NCBI GenBank assembly: GCA_963798085.1
Contig: CAWCRS010000007.1
Location: 288,001 to 352,000, forward strand
Direction of reading: 5' to 3'
Length of the DNA stretch: 64,000 bases
Source of the DNA: an uncultured Gemmatimonadales bacterium
Lineage (GTDB): Bacteria; Gemmatimonadota; Gemmatimonadetes; Longimicrobiales; RSA9
In this document: piece by piece, positions 61,409 through 64,000 of the stretch
Position numbering within the stretch: the first letter of the stretch is position 1
How the letters are laid out: every line of letters starts with the position of its first letter
Made by a program: the position numbers and the translations under genes
Notes under the pieces: model-generated
Told to the model about the DNA's origin: nothing
The model's input: only the letters and a program-made list of their open reading frames with translations
Database searches by the model: none

Positions 61409-61984
61409 ATGAGTCGGATCCCGTACTTACGCAGGTCGGCGATCGCTGCGATTGCGATAGCCGCTTTCGGGGTACCCGGCACCGCGCAGGCGCAGATCGT
61501 CAATGTCTCGTCGAGTGCAACGGCGATGTGCGTGGGAACCTGCGCAACCGTGAGGTTCTCAGTTAACCTCAGCGGGACGTACTATTCGTCACGCGTGCGG
61601 TTGTTCAGCACCAACGGCAGCGAATGGCTGTTTGGTGGCCTGATCGGAGTGAAGGATGGTAACGGGAACACACTGGCCTGGACGGGCACCCTGAAGAATG
61701 GTGACCTGTTGCTGCAGGCGGCCGGTGGGCAGACCGGATGGGCGCCCGTGCCGATTTACGTGACAGCTGCAATGTCCACGTTTTCGGGGCAGAACCAGTT
61801 GTGGGATGGGTCCCTCCACTATGAAATGCTGATCGCAGGCACGTCCAATGGGGGGCAGCCCCTCGGGGAGGTCACCGGTGTGGTAACGCCTGAGCCAGCA
61901 AGCCTGTTACTGCTGGGTACCGGCCTTTTGGGAATGGTCGGAGCTGCCCGTCGCCGCAAGCGCGAGCAGACCGACAACGTCTGA
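61409..61984 (+). CDS. PEP-CTERM sorting-domain protein
   Basis: AAGGAGG RBS, signal peptide AQA|Q, C-terminal VTPEPASLLLLGTGLLGMVGAARRRKR. Confidence 0.95.
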   Translation: MSRIPYLRRSAIAAIAIAAFGVPGTAQAQIVNVSSSATAMCVGTCATVRFSVNLSGTYYSSRVRLFSTNGSEWLFGGLIGVKDGNGNTLAWTGTLKNGDLLLQAAGGQTGWAPVPIYVTAAMSTFSGQNQLWDGSLHYEMLIAGTSNGGQPLGEVTGVVTPEPASLLLLGTGLLGMVGAARRRKREQTDNV

Positions 61985-62868
61985 TTCAGTCGAAATCGGT
62001 TGCCCGGTGCCGGGCGCGCCGGGGCGGTGCGGGCAACCCCGATCCTGGGACGGATCGGTTCGGCAGATGTGGGCAAGGAGAGCCGGCGGTGCTTGATGGT
62101 CCGCAAGGACCTCATGCACCGCCGGTCTTGACGGCTCGGTGGGGTGACTCGCCGGGCCGTTGGCTTTCCATACACTGACACCGCCTCACCTCCACAACGG
62201 CAGCCTTCCAACAGCGTCAGATCCCTCGCAGGGAAACCGCGTCATTGCGCGGCCGCATCACCTGTGGTACAAGATGTGCGTAGTGAAAATTTCGCGCATT
62301 TGTGGCCGTTTTTTTTCCGCTGCGAGTCGGCCGCGGAATCGGCTCAATGCTCCACGCTGCCACTTGAGCGAGCCGTAAACACCACATCGGCGCACACACG
62401 ACTCGCCTTCGAGCGAGATCAGAATTTCTGACAATCCGGACGCGAACGCGACGTCGCAGTTGGACGCACGCGTGCTCACGACGACGGGTCTGACCGGCAC
62501 CTGAGGTCGGTGCCTCGCCGGAGAGGGCAATAACCGGGTCGCACCCGAGCCTCGTTCCCAGGAAACTGGAATCGGGCTCGACCGCCGGTTTCACACCCGT
62601 GCCGATGCGGGTGCCAGGGACGGGTGCGTCCACCACCCTCGGGTCGGCGAACCTCTGGACGAAAGGGGCGATGGAGCGCCGGAATCGGTGCCGGCGAGGA
62701 TCCGCGGAAGGGCACAGCAACGCGAGCACATTTTTGCGTGGGCGACGCATTGTTTTCCTCGACCAGCTCGGGCTGGCGACTTTTCCACAATCGTATAAGT
62801 GACTGCCGATGAAATACTTATGGTGCTTACCCTGAGACCGGAACGGAGCCTGAATCAGGTTACGACCG

Positions 62869-62964
62869 CGCTGCTCAGAGCAAAACCGTCGAAAGGCGGT
62901 GACGCAGAGCTACGGAGCTTCGGTAGGGTCACTCCCACCCACCATGCCAGCCGGGCCGCCAGCG
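62869..62964 (+). ncRNA. GEMM-I (c-di-GMP-I class) riboswitch aptamer, A20 variant
   Basis: P1 CGCTG/CAGCG; GCAAA-ACCGTC-GAAA-GGCGGT-GACGCAGAGCTACGG...ATGCCAGCCGGGCCGCC matches the recalled class consensus. Confidence 0.85.
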
Positions 62965-62993
62965 ACTCGAAAAGAGTTGAATGGCGGCTTTTT
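62955..62993 (+). terminator. Intrinsic terminator forming the riboswitch expression platform
   Basis: GCCGCCA..GACTC-GAAAA-GAGTT..TGGCGGC followed by TTTTT; 5' arm overlaps the aptamer 3' end. Confidence 0.8.
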
Positions 62994-63033
62994 GCTTGGT
63001 TGAAAACGCAGAGAATCCCTCCTACCCCACGGG

Positions 63034-64000
63034 ATGCAGATGACGCAGGTTTCTTTCCGCCCGTTGATGAAGACGCAGGCTCTGCTCCTCGCACTCATCA
63101 CGCTCCTCCCCGTAACGGCATGTCAGGATAAGGGCACGCCCCTTTCGACTGATCATATTCCGGCCAAGGGCCAGTTCATCGAGCTGGTTCCGAGCCTGGC
63201 AGAAATTCCTTCATCCGGTGATCGCGTTCAGATCATCGCCAATGTTCGCGACGCACTCGGCAAAGCGGTATCGAACCCGAGCATTCACTGGGAATCCACA
63301 GATACCAGCATTGCTTCGGTCGACGGTTCCGGAATGGTGACCGGTCTGGGCGAAGGCGTCGTCGAAATCAACGGCACGTATGGCAACATGACGGCCACTT
63401 CTGTCGTCGCGGTGGCGAAGAAGCGTCTGCAGAGAGGCACCGCCTCGGTAGCGATTTCGCCCACATCGGCCACGATCAATCTGGTGGGTGGCACCGTGAA
63501 GTTCCTGGCGGTGGCGCGCACCGGGTCGGGCACACTGGTTTCAGGCTCGCGGCTGAGCTGGCAGACCACGAACCCGAGTATCGCAACGGTGGATGGCAGC
63601 GGCGTGGTCGCGGGCGTCGCGTCAGGCGACACTCGCGTGATCGTTCACTACGAGTCTGTGGCGGATACGGCTGATGTCTCGGTGGCGCCGCCGACGGTGG
63701 CAGTCGCTCTGCACATCGACCCGAAGACGGACACGCTGCCAACGGTTGGTTCCACGCTGCAGATGCGCGCCAGCACGGTGAACGCCAGTGGCGATGCCGT
63801 GGCTGGAGCGAAGGTCACGTGGAGCACACTGGACCCGACGGTCGCGTCCGTGGGCACGGATGGTGGCGTGACGGCGCTGGCCAAGGGCGTAGCGCGGATC
63901 CGCGCGGCTTCCGGCACGCTCGCGGATACGGCACACCTCTGGATCGCACCGGCTCCCACGCCCGTGAACCTGTATGTGTCGCCGGCTTCCGATTCGATTA
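63034..64000 (+). CDS. Lipoprotein with tandem bacterial Ig-like (Big_2) repeats, 3'-truncated by window edge (absent from ORF track)
   Basis: Open frame to window end: LLPVTA|C lipobox; repeats WESTDTSIASVDGSGMVTG, WQTTNPSIATVDGSGVVAG, WSTLDPTVASVGTDGGVTA. Confidence 0.9.
   Translation, partial: MQMTQVSFRPLMKTQALLLALITLLPVTACQDKGTPLSTDHIPAKGQFIELVPSLAEIPSSGDRVQIIANVRDALGKAVSNPSIHWESTDTSIASVDGSGMVTGLGEGVVEINGTYGNMTATSVVAVAKKRLQRGTASVAISPTSATINLVGGTVKFLAVARTGSGTLVSGSRLSWQTTNPSIATVDGSGVVAGVASGDTRVIVHYESVADTADVSVAPPTVAVALHIDPKTDTLPTVGSTLQMRASTVNASGDAVAGAKVTWSTLDPTVASVGTDGGVTALAKGVARIRAASGTLADTAHLWIAPAPTPVNLYVSPASDSI

Noticed and set aside
1..64000. CRISPR arrays, tRNA/rRNA genes, transposases, integrases, phage or defence genes
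   Set aside because: None recognised on reading either strand or the ORF track; a short tRNA or repeat could be missed without a computational scan

Overview
This is a high-GC bacterial chromosomal segment. Gene content (ECF sigma/Ser-Thr kinase pair, Ig-like lipoprotein, exosortase/EpsI/PEP-CTERM) is consistent with a Gemmatimonadota-like organism, which is an inference. About 50 genes are present, with no rRNA, tRNA, CRISPR or mobile element seen. Layout: 1-18.5 kb is sugar catabolism (GntP, Weimberg-type xylonate pathway, GH3, a GalT/IMPase/plant-arabinokinase-like operon, and a Tat-exported GMC oxidoreductase cluster). 18.5-38 kb holds mixed accessory genes, including a decayed segment and an ArsR gene whose promoter/operator is duplicated in front of trxA-DUF302. 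38-43.5 kb is a four-gene operon: a Mo-oxidoreductase plus two uncharacterised proteins. 44-50 kb has a VWA protein, a Cys/Thr proline-racemase-family enzyme and transketolase. 50-64 kb is an exopolysaccharide/exosortase/PEP-CTERM locus ending in a GEMM-I riboswitch with a terminator upstream of an Ig-repeat lipoprotein. Best candidate for an undescribed system: the 39612-40817 membrane protein carries both PmoC/AmoC-type copper motifs (DxxWH-x12-H and DxWxH-x13-H) plus a PmoA-like C-terminal half. It is followed by a protein with an N-terminal His and PmoB-like topology, so the pair may be a divergent copper membrane monooxygenase-like 'CA-B' system co-transcribed with a molybdoenzyme. Second candidate: the riboswitch has A at the position-20 equivalent (c-AMP-GMP-type variant). 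Many single-base frameshifts look like sequencing errors. All family assignments come from recognised motifs; no database search was run.
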